This document shows positions 26,236-38,018 of a DNA stretch of 64,000 nt, in pieces. The stretch covers positions 656,672 to 720,671 of the forward strand of contig CAVYQE010000002.1 of the NCBI GenBank assembly GCA_963770565.1. The letters are read 5' to 3'. This DNA comes from an uncultured Actinomycetota bacterium. GTDB taxonomy: Bacteria; Actinomycetota; Actinomycetes; JAFAQI01. The number at the start of each line of letters is the position of its first letter. Position 1 is the stretch's first letter. A model generated the notes under the pieces. That model saw only the letters and a list, made by a program, of their open reading frames with translations. It was not told the origin of the DNA and did not search any database. A program made the translations under genes and the position numbers.

Positions 26236-26629
26236 GCGAGTCGCGTCGGAATGTCGCGGCCGTCAGCGTAGGTGGCCGGCACGGGCAGCTCGACGGTCAC
26301 GTTGGCGACGCTCTATGACTACGAGGCGCGGCCGGTCGGACGCACCATTGCGCCGGTGGGTCATCTCATTGCCCGGCCGAGGTTGAGCAGAACCGGCAAA
26401 TTGTCGGTCGACGTCTGCTGCCGGGCGCCTCGCCATGCGGTCGCTGCCGTCGCTTGCCCGGTCTAATAGCGTATAGAGGCGGGGCCGATTCATCGAGTGC
26501 CCGGATCGCTCACGAAACCTCGGATGCCGGTTCCGGATCGGTCCGGGCCGATCAGGTGAAGATGATCTGGCCGCCGGCGGCCTGCAAGCGAGTTACATCA
26601 GTGTGTTCAGCGAAAGCGCAGGTCAGCAG

Positions 26630-26718
26630 CGGAGGCTCCGGGATTTGAACCCGGGATGGGCGCGAACCCAAACCGCATTAGCAGTGCGGCGCCATAGACC
26701 GGACTAGGCGAAGCCTCC
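26630..26718 (-). tRNA. tRNA-Ser (anticodon GCU), type II with long variable arm
   Basis: Reverse complement GGAGGCTTCGCCTAGTCCGGTCTATGGCGCCGCACTGCTAATGCGGTTTGGGTTCGCGCCCATCCCGGGTTCAAATCCCGGAGCCTCCG. Anticodon loop CTGCTAA, long variable arm, T-arm CCGGGTTCAAATCCCGG. Its 3' 56 nt are duplicated at 9657..9712. Confidence 0.9.
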
Positions 26719-26748
26719 TCGCGGCGTTTATCGGCCGCGTCGAAGAGG

Positions 26749-28194
26749 TTATCCCAGCGCGGTTTGCTGGTCCCGCGCCAACAACCGCTTGCCGGGCAGG
26801 CCCAGCGGGTTCCACTCGTCGATCCCTCCGTTGTTGGTCACGAACACCACCCCGCCCGCGGGGTCGGCCGTCATGCCCTCGGCCTGGAGCAGGCCGTCGA
26901 GCCGGGCGGTCGGCACCGGATTCCGCGACCGCAGCGCGGCCGGCGAGTAGTACACGAGGTACGGGTCGTAGTGGAACGGGTTGTCGCTGCGCAGTGCGAC
27001 GTACACGCCGTGCGTCGGATCGCCCGTCACAGACCCCACCTCGAGCGGCAACCGGAGGGTCACACTCGGTGGCTCGTCGATCCGCGTCTGGTAGGTCAGC
27101 ACCCGCCCCCGAGCGATCCAGATCCCGTACGACGGGGCGGGTGCCATCAGGGTCAGGCCGGTCAGCCCGAGGTAGACGAACTGGCCGCTCGGCAGCACGC
27201 GCATGGTGCCGCTGCGGCCCGCGACCAGGACCGAGGTCGCACTGAGCGGGATGACGAACCGCGCGCCTGCGACGGTCGACTCGCGGTCCGCACCAAGCAC
27301 GCCGTCGTGCACCGCCACCACACGGTTGACCGTCGGCTCAGTCAGCCAGGCGAAGTCCTTGGTGAAGGCCATGTCGTCGATCGCGACCGGTGGCGACGAG
27401 CGCAATGTGGTGATGGTGCCAACCGGAGTCACGGTCGCGATCGCGGTGTAGTGGAAGTCGGCCTCATTGTGCCAGGCCCAGACCTTGCCGAAGCCATAGC
27501 TGATGTGGTCGTCGGGCTGCGGCACGCGGTCGCGGCTCTGGATCGCGCCGGTCACCGGATTGCGCCCGACGACGTAGGAAATCGAGCCGCTCCTGGTCGC
27601 CCGGCTCTCGATCGTCCAGATGAGGCCGCCGCCGGTCGTCACCCCGCTCGCGAAGTCGATCAACCGCTTCGGGAACACCGCCTCGGTGACCGGCACAGCC
27701 CTGCGGACATGGTGCGGCTTGGGCGTGCGCGTCGACCCCGACCCGGACGAGCCCGCGGTCACCGCGACTGCAATCACCACCACGGCCGCGACCAACCCGG
27801 TCAGCACGCGGCGCTGTCTCACCAGCCGCAGCCGGCGAGCCAGGATCGCCAGCACCTGGTCGGCACCGAGCATCGCCGGCTCGACGACCACGGTCTCGGT
27901 CGCCTCGTCGACGTGTACGCCGGCTACCCCGACCTCCATCAGCTGGAAGTCGAGCGGCTCCTGCGGCTCCCGAGCCCGGTCGTGCATCCGGCAAGCGCGC
28001 GCCAGCGCCCGGCGTACCAAGGGAGCTGGGTCGTCCTTATCGCGGGCAAACCGCCAGCGCGCGGCGACCCGGGTCAATGCCGAGAGCGCAAGCTCCTGCG
28101 CGGTCCTCGAGTCTGCGTCGTCACAGCGCCGCGCCGCGTCCCGGACGAGATCGGGCCAGCGCTCCCGCACATAAGAGGTCAGCCGCTCGTCCAC
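26749..28194 (-). CDS. Membrane-anchored protein: cytoplasmic sigma-70/ECF-like N-terminus, one TM, large extracytoplasmic domain
   Basis: The N-terminus MDERLTSYVRERWPDLVRDAARRCDD...LALSALTRVAARWRF resembles sigma region 2. TM VLTGLVAAVVVIAVAVTAG. About 300-aa extracellular domain. Family-1 element B lies just upstream. Confidence 0.55.
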   Translation of the reverse strand: MDERLTSYVRERWPDLVRDAARRCDDADSRTAQELALSALTRVAARWRFARDKDDPAPLVRRALARACRMHDRAREPQEPLDFQLMEVGVAGVHVDEATETVVVEPAMLGADQVLAILARRLRLVRQRRVLTGLVAAVVVIAVAVTAGSSGSGSTRTPKPHHVRRAVPVTEAVFPKRLIDFASGVTTGGGLIWTIESRATRSGSISYVVGRNPVTGAIQSRDRVPQPDDHISYGFGKVWAWHNEADFHYTAIATVTPVGTITTLRSSPPVAIDDMAFTKDFAWLTEPTVNRVVAVHDGVLGADRESTVAGARFVIPLSATSVLVAGRSGTMRVLPSGQFVYLGLTGLTLMAPAPSYGIWIARGRVLTYQTRIDEPPSVTLRLPLEVGSVTGDPTHGVYVALRSDNPFHYDPYLVYYSPAALRSRNPVPTARLDGLLQAEGMTADPAGGVVFVTNNGGIDEWNPLGLPGKRLLARDQQTALG

Positions 28195-28290
28195 GCTGTC
28201 CCTCCGCTCCGGACCGGCCGCCTACGGATCAATCGTTTTCGGCCCGAAGTCGGTTCATTCGTACAACCCGACCGCGCCCACGGCAACCGC

Positions 28291-28372
28291 CCAAGCAATG
28301 TCACATCGCCCAGCCCTTTGTGGGGGTGATGTCACGTTGCCCCCACGAAGTGCGGGGCAATGTGACATTGCT
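28291..28372. repeat. Family-1 composite palindromic element, copy B (degenerate)
   Basis: CCAAGCAATGTCACATCGCCCAGCCCTTTGTGGGGGTGATGTCACGTTGCCCCCACGAAGTGCGGGGCAATGTGACATTGCTC. Lies between the stop of 28372..30078 and the start of 26749..28194. Confidence 0.75.
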
Positions 28373-30078
28373 CAGAGCGTGGTGACGTCGAGCTCGCCGT
28401 CCGCGTAGGCCTTGCGGAGTACCTTCTTGTCGAACTTCCCGACGCTGGTCTTCGGCACCGTCTCGATGATCGCCCAGCGCTCCGGCAGCCACCACTTCGC
28501 GACCCGGTCCGACAGCCACGCCCGCACCTCGTCCGGGTCGATCGACTGGCCCTCCATCGGCACCACGCACGCAAGCGGCCGCTCCTGCCAACGATCGTCC
28601 GGTACGCCGACCACGGCCGCCTCGAGGATCGCCGGGTGCGCCATCAGTTCGACCTCGAGCTCGACCGAGGAGATCCACTCGCCGCCCGACTTGATCACGT
28701 CCTTCGAGCGGTCGGTCAGCGTGATGTAACCCTGCGGGTCGATCGTCCCGACGTCTCCGGTCCGCAGCCATCCGTCGTCGAACTTCGCCGGGTCGTCGTC
28801 CTTGTAGTACGCGGCCGTGACCCACGGCCCGCGCACCTCCAGCTCGCCGACCGCCTTGCCGTCGCGCGGCATGATCTGGCCGGCGTCGTCCACGATCCGG
28901 CCCTCGACGCCGAACAGGAACCGGCCGGCCTTCGACTGGTAGTCCCACGCCCGCTCACCCGTGAGGCCGGCCGGCGGTTTCGCCACCGACGCGACCGGCG
29001 AGGTCTCGGTCATCCCCCAACCCTGAATGATCGTGATGCCGAACTCCTGCTCGAACGCACTGATCAACGCCCGCGGCACCGCCGAGCCACCGCACAGCAC
29101 GGCCCGCACCGTCGACAGGTCGTGCCCGGGATTCGCGCGCAGGTATTGCAAGATGTCGTTCCAGATCGTCGGCACCGCCGCCGACACCGTCACCTTCTCG
29201 GCCTCGATCAACCCGACCAGCGGCTCGGCCTGCAGGTGCCGGTCCGGCATGATCAGGTCCGCGCCGGCCATCACGGCGGCGTACGGCGTACCCCATGCGT
29301 TCGCGTGGAACATCGGAACGATCGGCATTGTCCGGTCGTCGGCACCGAGGCCGTTGTTGTTGGCGGTGCTGACCGACATCGAGTGCAACCAGCACGACCG
29401 GTGCGAGTAGGCAACCCCCTTCGGGTTGCCGGTCGTTCCGCTGGTGTAACACATCGCGGCGGCCGATCGCTCGTCGATGTCTTCCGGCCAGTCGAACGAG
29501 CTCGAGGCATCAGCCAGCACGGACTCGTACGACAGGACCTGCTTGCCGGTCTCCTTCAGCGCACTGACATCGCCGTCACCCGTGACCAGCACGGTGTGCA
29601 CCGCCGGCATCTCACCGAGCACCTTCGCGAGCAACGGCACGAGTGAGCAGTCGGCGATGATCACCTGGTCATCGGCGTGATTGGCGATGTAGACGACCTG
29701 CTCGGGGAACAACCGGATGTTCAAGGTGTGCAACACCGCGCCCATCGAGGGGATCGCGAGGTACGCCTCGAAGTGCTCGGCGTTGTTCCACATGAACGTC
29801 CCGACCCGCTGGTCGCCATCGATGCCAAGCGACCGCAAGCCGTTCGCCAGCTGGGCCGCGCGAGTCGCCGTCTCGGCGTACGAACGCCGCCTGCGCACCC
29901 CGCCCTCGCCCAGCGTCACGACCTCGCTGTCGCCGAAGACCTCGGCACCGAAGCGCAGGATCGAGCCGGTCGTGAGCGGAAAGTCCTGCATGGTGCTTCG
30001 CACTCGGGCCCCCAAAGGTCGCTGGCTGGACGCTCGCGCGTGAAGTACGCGCACTGACATTGTGCGGTCAGGCGCCAA
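28372..30078 (-). CDS. Long-chain fatty-acid-CoA ligase / acyl-CoA synthetase (AMP-binding family)
   Basis: AMP-binding signature YTSGTTGNPKGV; 568 aa. Confidence 0.9.
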   Translation of the reverse strand: MAPDRTMSVRVLHARASSQRPLGARVRSTMQDFPLTTGSILRFGAEVFGDSEVVTLGEGGVRRRRSYAETATRAAQLANGLRSLGIDGDQRVGTFMWNNAEHFEAYLAIPSMGAVLHTLNIRLFPEQVVYIANHADDQVIIADCSLVPLLAKVLGEMPAVHTVLVTGDGDVSALKETGKQVLSYESVLADASSSFDWPEDIDERSAAAMCYTSGTTGNPKGVAYSHRSCWLHSMSVSTANNNGLGADDRTMPIVPMFHANAWGTPYAAVMAGADLIMPDRHLQAEPLVGLIEAEKVTVSAAVPTIWNDILQYLRANPGHDLSTVRAVLCGGSAVPRALISAFEQEFGITIIQGWGMTETSPVASVAKPPAGLTGERAWDYQSKAGRFLFGVEGRIVDDAGQIMPRDGKAVGELEVRGPWVTAAYYKDDDPAKFDDGWLRTGDVGTIDPQGYITLTDRSKDVIKSGGEWISSVELEVELMAHPAILEAAVVGVPDDRWQERPLACVVPMEGQSIDPDEVRAWLSDRVAKWWLPERWAIIETVPKTSVGKFDKKVLRKAYADGELDVTTL

Positions 30079-30096
30079 GAAGGGCCAGTAGGCGTT

Positions 30097-31734
30097 CTAG
30101 CGAACGGTGAGCTGCAACCGGTGCGAGTGCCCGGCGCCGTGCCGCTGTGTCGCCGCGACCACGATCCGGTAGACGTCGACGGTCTTGAGCGTCGGCCGGA
30201 AGCGGAAGATGTAGCGGCCATGCGGACCGATCCGGGAGGTCGCCCACACGTGCCACGCGCCGTCGAAGAATCCTTCGCGCTCGACCCGCTGCCCGGCCCG
30301 GAACGGCGCCGCCCGGCCGCCGATCGTGACCATGCTGCCCGACCGCACGGTGGTCGCCGAGATCGAGGCTGCGACCGTCGGCCGGACCACGTAGTTCTCG
30401 AACGCCTCGGATCGCGCGACGCCGGATCCGCCCGGGAAGACCGCCTCGAGCTCCGCATTGCGCTTCGGATGCAGGACCGCCGACGCCAGCCCGTTGCGGT
30501 CGGTCCTCAGCTTGCGGACCCGCACCCAGTTGCGGTCGGGCGCCTCGCGCCGGTAGATCAACACCCGCCGGTTGGGCAATGCGGTGTGGGTGTCCGCGCG
30601 TTGCAGGGTCGCCTGCAGTGGAAGCGCCGTACCGAAGGTGGCTGCCGATTTCACCTTTGCGGCGAGCGTGGTCGGGATCGCGGGGGTGACGGGCGCAGTC
30701 GGTGCAGTGGCCGGACTTGTACCCACGCTGTTGGTCGCGGTAACCGTGAAGGTGTAGGCCTGCGTGGTCGAAAGCCCGGTGACGGTCGCCGACATGGTCG
30801 AGCCACCGACCGTCATGACCTGCCCGCCGGGTGACGTTGTCACTTGGTAGCTGGTCACCGGGCTGGTGCCGGCGTCGCCGGGCATCCACGCAACCGTCAC
30901 CGAAGTGCCGTTGACCACGGTGCGCACCGAAAGCGGTGCAGCCGGAGCCGAGGCAACCCAAGGCGTTGCGACCGTTCCGTTCGACAAGGTCGCCCACGGC
31001 AGGCCGCTCGTGCCGACAAACCTCGACTCGTCGACCCGCCCCACAATTCCCTTGATCCGGGCGGACGACGTGTACTGCCAGAGGTCGGAGACCGGGCCCT
31101 TCCGTACGCCGTACTCAGCCATCCACATCGGGTAGCGCGCCAGCGCCGACGGGTCGTTGATGTCGTTGGTCCAGAACGACGGATAGGTATAGAGCATCGG
31201 CGTCCGGCCGGTCAGCGTGCGCATCTCGAGGAGGAAGTCCTGCGCCCACGTCACGAGCTGGCCGGGGTTGAGGCCACCGGTCACCTCGAGGTCGAGCGCC
31301 GGCGGAAGCGTCCCCGCCACGTTCACCGGTCCGATGGTCTGCGCGAAGAAATTCGCCTGCGCTCGTGCGGTAACACCAACCGGAAGGCCGGGCCGCGCGA
31401 AGTGGTACGAGCCGTGCACCAGGCCGGCCGCAGCCGCATCGGCGTAGTCATTGGAGTAGGGCCCGGCGAAGTAGGGATTGACGTACGACGTGCCCTCGGT
31501 GGCCTTGACGATCGCGAACTCCTTGCCCGCCCTCTTCACCTGCTTCCAGTTGATCGGCTGGCCGTGCGGGTGCGCCTTTGTTGGGTGCGGGTGCTGGTAG
31601 GACGCGACGTCCGGGCCGTCGTACACCTTCCCGGCGGACGCTGAGGACATCGAGCCGGTCGCCACCGGAACCGCGACCGCCGCCACGACGGCGGCGGTGG
31701 TGAACACGCGGACGAGGGTGGCGCGACGGTGCAT
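30097..31734 (-). CDS. Secreted GH25 lysozyme (muramidase) with fibronectin type III and C-terminal Ig-like domains
   Basis: Signal peptide MHRRATLVRVFTTAAVVAAVAVPVATGS. GH25 region (DVASYQ..., GKEFAIVKATEGTSYVNPYF..., YPMWMAEYG). FN3 segment TSYQVTTSPGG...YTFTVTATNSVGTSPAT. Confidence 0.8.
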   Translation of the reverse strand: MHRRATLVRVFTTAAVVAAVAVPVATGSMSSASAGKVYDGPDVASYQHPHPTKAHPHGQPINWKQVKRAGKEFAIVKATEGTSYVNPYFAGPYSNDYADAAAAGLVHGSYHFARPGLPVGVTARAQANFFAQTIGPVNVAGTLPPALDLEVTGGLNPGQLVTWAQDFLLEMRTLTGRTPMLYTYPSFWTNDINDPSALARYPMWMAEYGVRKGPVSDLWQYTSSARIKGIVGRVDESRFVGTSGLPWATLSNGTVATPWVASAPAAPLSVRTVVNGTSVTVAWMPGDAGTSPVTSYQVTTSPGGQVMTVGGSTMSATVTGLSTTQAYTFTVTATNSVGTSPATAPTAPVTPAIPTTLAAKVKSAATFGTALPLQATLQRADTHTALPNRRVLIYRREAPDRNWVRVRKLRTDRNGLASAVLHPKRNAELEAVFPGGSGVARSEAFENYVVRPTVAASISATTVRSGSMVTIGGRAAPFRAGQRVEREGFFDGAWHVWATSRIGPHGRYIFRFRPTLKTVDVYRIVVAATQRHGAGHSHRLQLTVR

Positions 31735-31908
31735 CAGGCTTTCTCCGACCGTGGGGACGAGGCGGGAGCATGCGGCTTTGTCACACGCTCTCCTGTTTGT
31801 ACGGCACCCCAGCCACACCACTTAACCGGATGGACCAAGGTCATCTCCAGAACTATTAGGTCTGCAAAACAGTTTGATTGTACGAAGCAATTGTTGTACC
31901 GTGTTCGG

Positions 31909-34895
<2,987 letters not shown>

Positions 34896-34915
34896 ACCCA
34901 GGACCGTAACAAGGA

Positions 34916-35000
34916 CCAAGCAATGTCACATTGCCCCCCACTCCGTGGGGGCAATGTGACACCACCCCAGGAAAGACCGGGGCAATGTGACATTGCTTGG
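34916..35000. repeat. Family-1 composite palindromic element, copy C
   Basis: CCAAGCAATGTCACATTGCCCCCCACTCCGTGGGGGCAATGTGACACCACCCCAGGAAAGACCGGGGCAATGTGACATTGCTTGG. Its 22-bp termini are exact reverse complements of each other. Lies between the ptsI stop (35006) and the hydrolase start (34895). Confidence 0.85.
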
Positions 35001-35005
35001 CAGGG

Positions 35006-36667
35006 TCAGACGGCGGGGTCGAGAGCGGCTCGGACCCTGGCTCGCGCCTCGGACGGCCCGTCGGCCGAGACCGCGGCGGCCGCGAAGCCGACGCAGTCGT
35101 CGTAGCTGTGCCGGGCCAGCGTCATCCGCACGTCCGCGAGCGCCCGCGGCGTCATCGACAACGCCGCCGCGCCAAGCCCGACCAGCACCAGCGCCAGCAG
35201 CGGATCGCTCGGTGCCTCACCACACACCGTCACCGGTCGGCCCGCCATCGCGCCGGCGCGGAGCACGGTCGCGACCAGGTCGAGGAAGGCCGGCTGCCAC
35301 GGGTCGAGCAGGTCGGAGAGCTCGCTGTCGGCCCGATCCGTCGCGAAGGTGTACTGCGCGAGGTCGTTGCTTCCGATCGAGACGAAGTCGACCACCCGCA
35401 GCAGATCGCCGGCCCGAAGCGCCGCGGCCGGCACCTCGACCATCACCCCCGTCGTCGTGACGCCGGCCTCGTGCGCCTGCGCGGCGAACCACGCCGCCTC
35501 CGCCGCGGTCGCGACCATCGGCGCCATGACCCGCACCTGCGCCGCGGACCCGCGCGCGGCACTCGCGATCGCGGTCAGCTGGTCTGTGAGCAGCTCGGGG
35601 TGCCGGCGCGCGACCCGCAGCCCGCGGACCCCGAGCGCCGGGTTCGACTGCTCCCCCAACCGCACGTACGACGCCGGCTTGTCGGCCCCGATGTCGAGCG
35701 TCCGGACCGTGACCTGCCGTGCCGGGAAGGCGTCGAACACCTCCCGGTATGCCGCTGACTGCTCGGCCACGCTCGGCGGTTCGATCCGGTCGAGGAAGGC
35801 GAACTCGGTGCGGAACACCCCGACCCCTTCGGCGCCCGCCTCGATCGCGTCAGCGACGTCGAGGCTGCTGCCGACCGCGGCCATCAGCTGCACGGGGCGG
35901 CCGTCGCGGGTGCGCCCGGGACCGCGACTGGTCGCGACCGATCCGGCCGGGGCCGACTCGGCCCCGCGGTTCGCCGCGCCGAGGGCGGCCTGGTCCGGGT
36001 CGGCAGTCACCTGGCCCGCGGAACCGTCCACGAGCACCCGCTGCCCACTGCGCAGCGAGGCCACCCCCGGACAGCCGACCACCGCCGGGATGCCCAGCGA
36101 CTTGGCCAGCACGGCGGTGTGGCTGGTCGGCCCGCCGCGCTCGGTGACGATCGCGAGCACCTGCTGCGGGTCGAGGCCGGCGGTCACCGCCGGCGACAGG
36201 TCGCGCGCCACCAGCACGTACGGCGAACCGGTGTCCGGGATGCCGGGCGGCGGCTCACCCAACAAGCGGGCGACGACGCGGTCGCGGATGTCGTCGAGCT
36301 CCACCCGGTCCGGCACCGCGCGCATCGGGTCCGCCGCGCGCATGTCCCGGTAGGCGCTGAAGCCCTCCCAAGCGGCTCGGGGCGCCGCCCGGCCGGAGCT
36401 GACGAGCTGGGTCACCAGGGACGCGAGCGAGGGGTCGCGCGAGATCCTGGCCTGCCGGACGAGGACCGCGCCGGAGGCGCCGGCCCGCTGCGCGAGCGCC
36501 TCGAGCTCACCGCCGACCGCGTCGAGCGCGTCAGCGGCCCGGTCGGCCTCCACGTCGATGTCGATCGGCGCCCCGTCCCGCGGCGGGAGCACCGGGCCGT
36601 GCACGCGCGCGACCGGTCCGGCCGCGACGCCCGCGCTGACGCCGATGCCGGAGTAGGTGGACGGCAA
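35006..36667 (-). CDS. ptsI: Phosphoenolpyruvate-protein phosphotransferase (PTS enzyme I)
   Basis: PEP-utilising enzyme signature ...VSIGSNDLAQYTFA...; 553 aa. Confidence 0.85.
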   Translation of the reverse strand: MPSTYSGIGVSAGVAAGPVARVHGPVLPPRDGAPIDIDVEADRAADALDAVGGELEALAQRAGASGAVLVRQARISRDPSLASLVTQLVSSGRAAPRAAWEGFSAYRDMRAADPMRAVPDRVELDDIRDRVVARLLGEPPPGIPDTGSPYVLVARDLSPAVTAGLDPQQVLAIVTERGGPTSHTAVLAKSLGIPAVVGCPGVASLRSGQRVLVDGSAGQVTADPDQAALGAANRGAESAPAGSVATSRGPGRTRDGRPVQLMAAVGSSLDVADAIEAGAEGVGVFRTEFAFLDRIEPPSVAEQSAAYREVFDAFPARQVTVRTLDIGADKPASYVRLGEQSNPALGVRGLRVARRHPELLTDQLTAIASAARGSAAQVRVMAPMVATAAEAAWFAAQAHEAGVTTTGVMVEVPAAALRAGDLLRVVDFVSIGSNDLAQYTFATDRADSELSDLLDPWQPAFLDLVATVLRAGAMAGRPVTVCGEAPSDPLLALVLVGLGAAALSMTPRALADVRMTLARHSYDDCVGFAAAAVSADGPSEARARVRAALDPAV

Positions 36668-36670
36668 GGG

Positions 36671-37588
36671 TCAGCCCGGCGCAGCGGGTGGCGGAGGCGC
36701 CGGACCCACCTTCAACAACCGACGCGACCACCAGCCGATGTGACTGAACAGGCGGGCGAGGATCACACCGACACCCACGACGGCGAACCCAGCGACGACG
36801 TCCAGCAGGTAGTGGTTCGCGGTGGCGATCACATCGACCGAGAGCACGAACGGGTATGCCACGCCGAGATAGCGGGTGATCCGGTGCTTGCCGAACCGCA
36901 GGAGCTGCCAGCCCGACCAGACCGCCCAGCCGACGTGCAGCGAGGGCATCGCGGCGTACTGATTGGTGTCCTTGCCGAAGCCGCGCGGCGCGCTCGCCGC
37001 CTTCCCCCACCAGCCGTAATGGGAGTAGCGCGCCATCGTGTCGATGAACCCCGGCAGGAGCCGGGGCGGCGCGATCGGCAGCAGGCTGAAGCCGACCAGG
37101 CCCACGATCGTCGTGAACATCAGGACGGTGCGCGCGCTGGTGTAAGCGGGACCGTGCCGCCGCCACAGCCAGATCAGGACCAGCGGCGTCACGAGGTAGT
37201 GCAAGGTCGCGTACATGTAGTCCGCCGGCACCGCCAGCAGGACATGCGGCGAGACCGCGTGGTTGAGCCAGTGCTCGGGCGCGATCTTGAGCCGTTGCTC
37301 GAACCGGAGCAGCTGGGCGCCGTGCGAAACCGCACCGACGTGGTCGCCCTCGACGAAATACCGCGTGACGTCGTAGAGCGAATAGACCGCGCCGATCAGC
37401 ACGATCTCGTGGAAGCCGCGAATCGCCATCCAGGCCCTGCGGTGAGCCTGCAGATTGTCGATCCAGCCGCCGAGCCGGCTCCGGGTGTGCTCTGCGGTGG
37501 CGGCGCTGGTGACGAAGTCGAGGCGCTGCTCAGTCACAGAGCTCTCCCCTCGCCGCTTGCCACGCCGCCGTATGAGCCAGTTTGTCAC
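36671..37588 (-). CDS. PAP2-superfamily membrane protein, chromosomal paralogue of 24991..25800
   Basis: NQYAAMPSLHVGWAVW and ATANHYLLDVVAG; 305 aa; Pro-rich C-terminus. Confidence 0.7.
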   Translation of the reverse strand: MTNWLIRRRGKRRGESSVTEQRLDFVTSAATAEHTRSRLGGWIDNLQAHRRAWMAIRGFHEIVLIGAVYSLYDVTRYFVEGDHVGAVSHGAQLLRFEQRLKIAPEHWLNHAVSPHVLLAVPADYMYATLHYLVTPLVLIWLWRRHGPAYTSARTVLMFTTIVGLVGFSLLPIAPPRLLPGFIDTMARYSHYGWWGKAASAPRGFGKDTNQYAAMPSLHVGWAVWSGWQLLRFGKHRITRYLGVAYPFVLSVDVIATANHYLLDVVAGFAVVGVGVILARLFSHIGWWSRRLLKVGPAPPPPAAPG

Positions 37589-37701
37589 GCTGAACGGAGT
37601 CTTCCCCAGGTAGCGTCAGCCGACCCCTGTGCTATTCCACGCGACCCTAGACCGCGCTCCGGGGAGGCTGTCCAGCGGAAATTCTGGATCGGTTGCCGAC
37701 T

Positions 37702-38015
37702 TCAGCCGGTCTTGGCGGATTTGGCGGACGAGGCCGGGCTCGTACCGACGGAGTTGGTCGCGGTTACCGACAGGTAATAAGTCGAATGGCGCTTCAGGCC
37801 GGCCACCGTCACCGTCAGCTTGGACGGTTTGACGTGCTGCGTCTTCACCTTCTCCAGCGTGCACTTCTTGTGGTGAGGCTTGCAGCGGGACACCGTCAGC
37901 AGATAGCTCGTGATCGTCGCGTCGCCGGCGCCGACCCCGAGACCGGACCGAGGCACGACAGCCCGGCGATCGCAAGGATCGCGATCACGCTGCTGCCGGG
38001 CCAAGGCCGGCGCAT
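37702..38015 (-). pseudogene. Frameshifted small secreted FN3-domain gene
   Basis: ATG at 38015 opens a signal peptide MRRPWPGSSVIAILAIAGLSCLGPVSG that terminates after 44 codons. An FN3 segment (...TVTVAGLKRHSTYYLSVTATNSVGTSPAS...) continues in the +1 frame to 37702. The FN3 is similar to that of the GH25 lysozyme. Confidence 0.35.
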
Positions 38016-38018
38016 CGG

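Larger units (their letters stand above)
9654..26718. mobile_element. Putative ~17 kb tRNA-Ser-integrated genomic island carrying a CstR/CsoR-controlled sulfide/persulfide and thiol regulon; integrase absent
   Basis: Intact tRNA-Ser(GCU) at 26630..26718 plus a direct repeat of its 3' 56 bp at 9657..9712, the classic attL/attR signature of tyrosine-recombinase islands. All recognisable TACCC-N4-GGGTA operators in the window lie inside this interval. No integrase ORF is detectable; 9713..10528 is ORF-poor. Confidence 0.55.

Noticed and set aside
9713-26629. Integrase, excisionase or transposase genes inside the island; CRISPR arrays anywhere in the window
   Set aside because: Checked all ORFs of 60 aa or more between the att-like repeats and found no recombinase motifs. 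No regularly spaced direct repeats of CRISPR type were seen.
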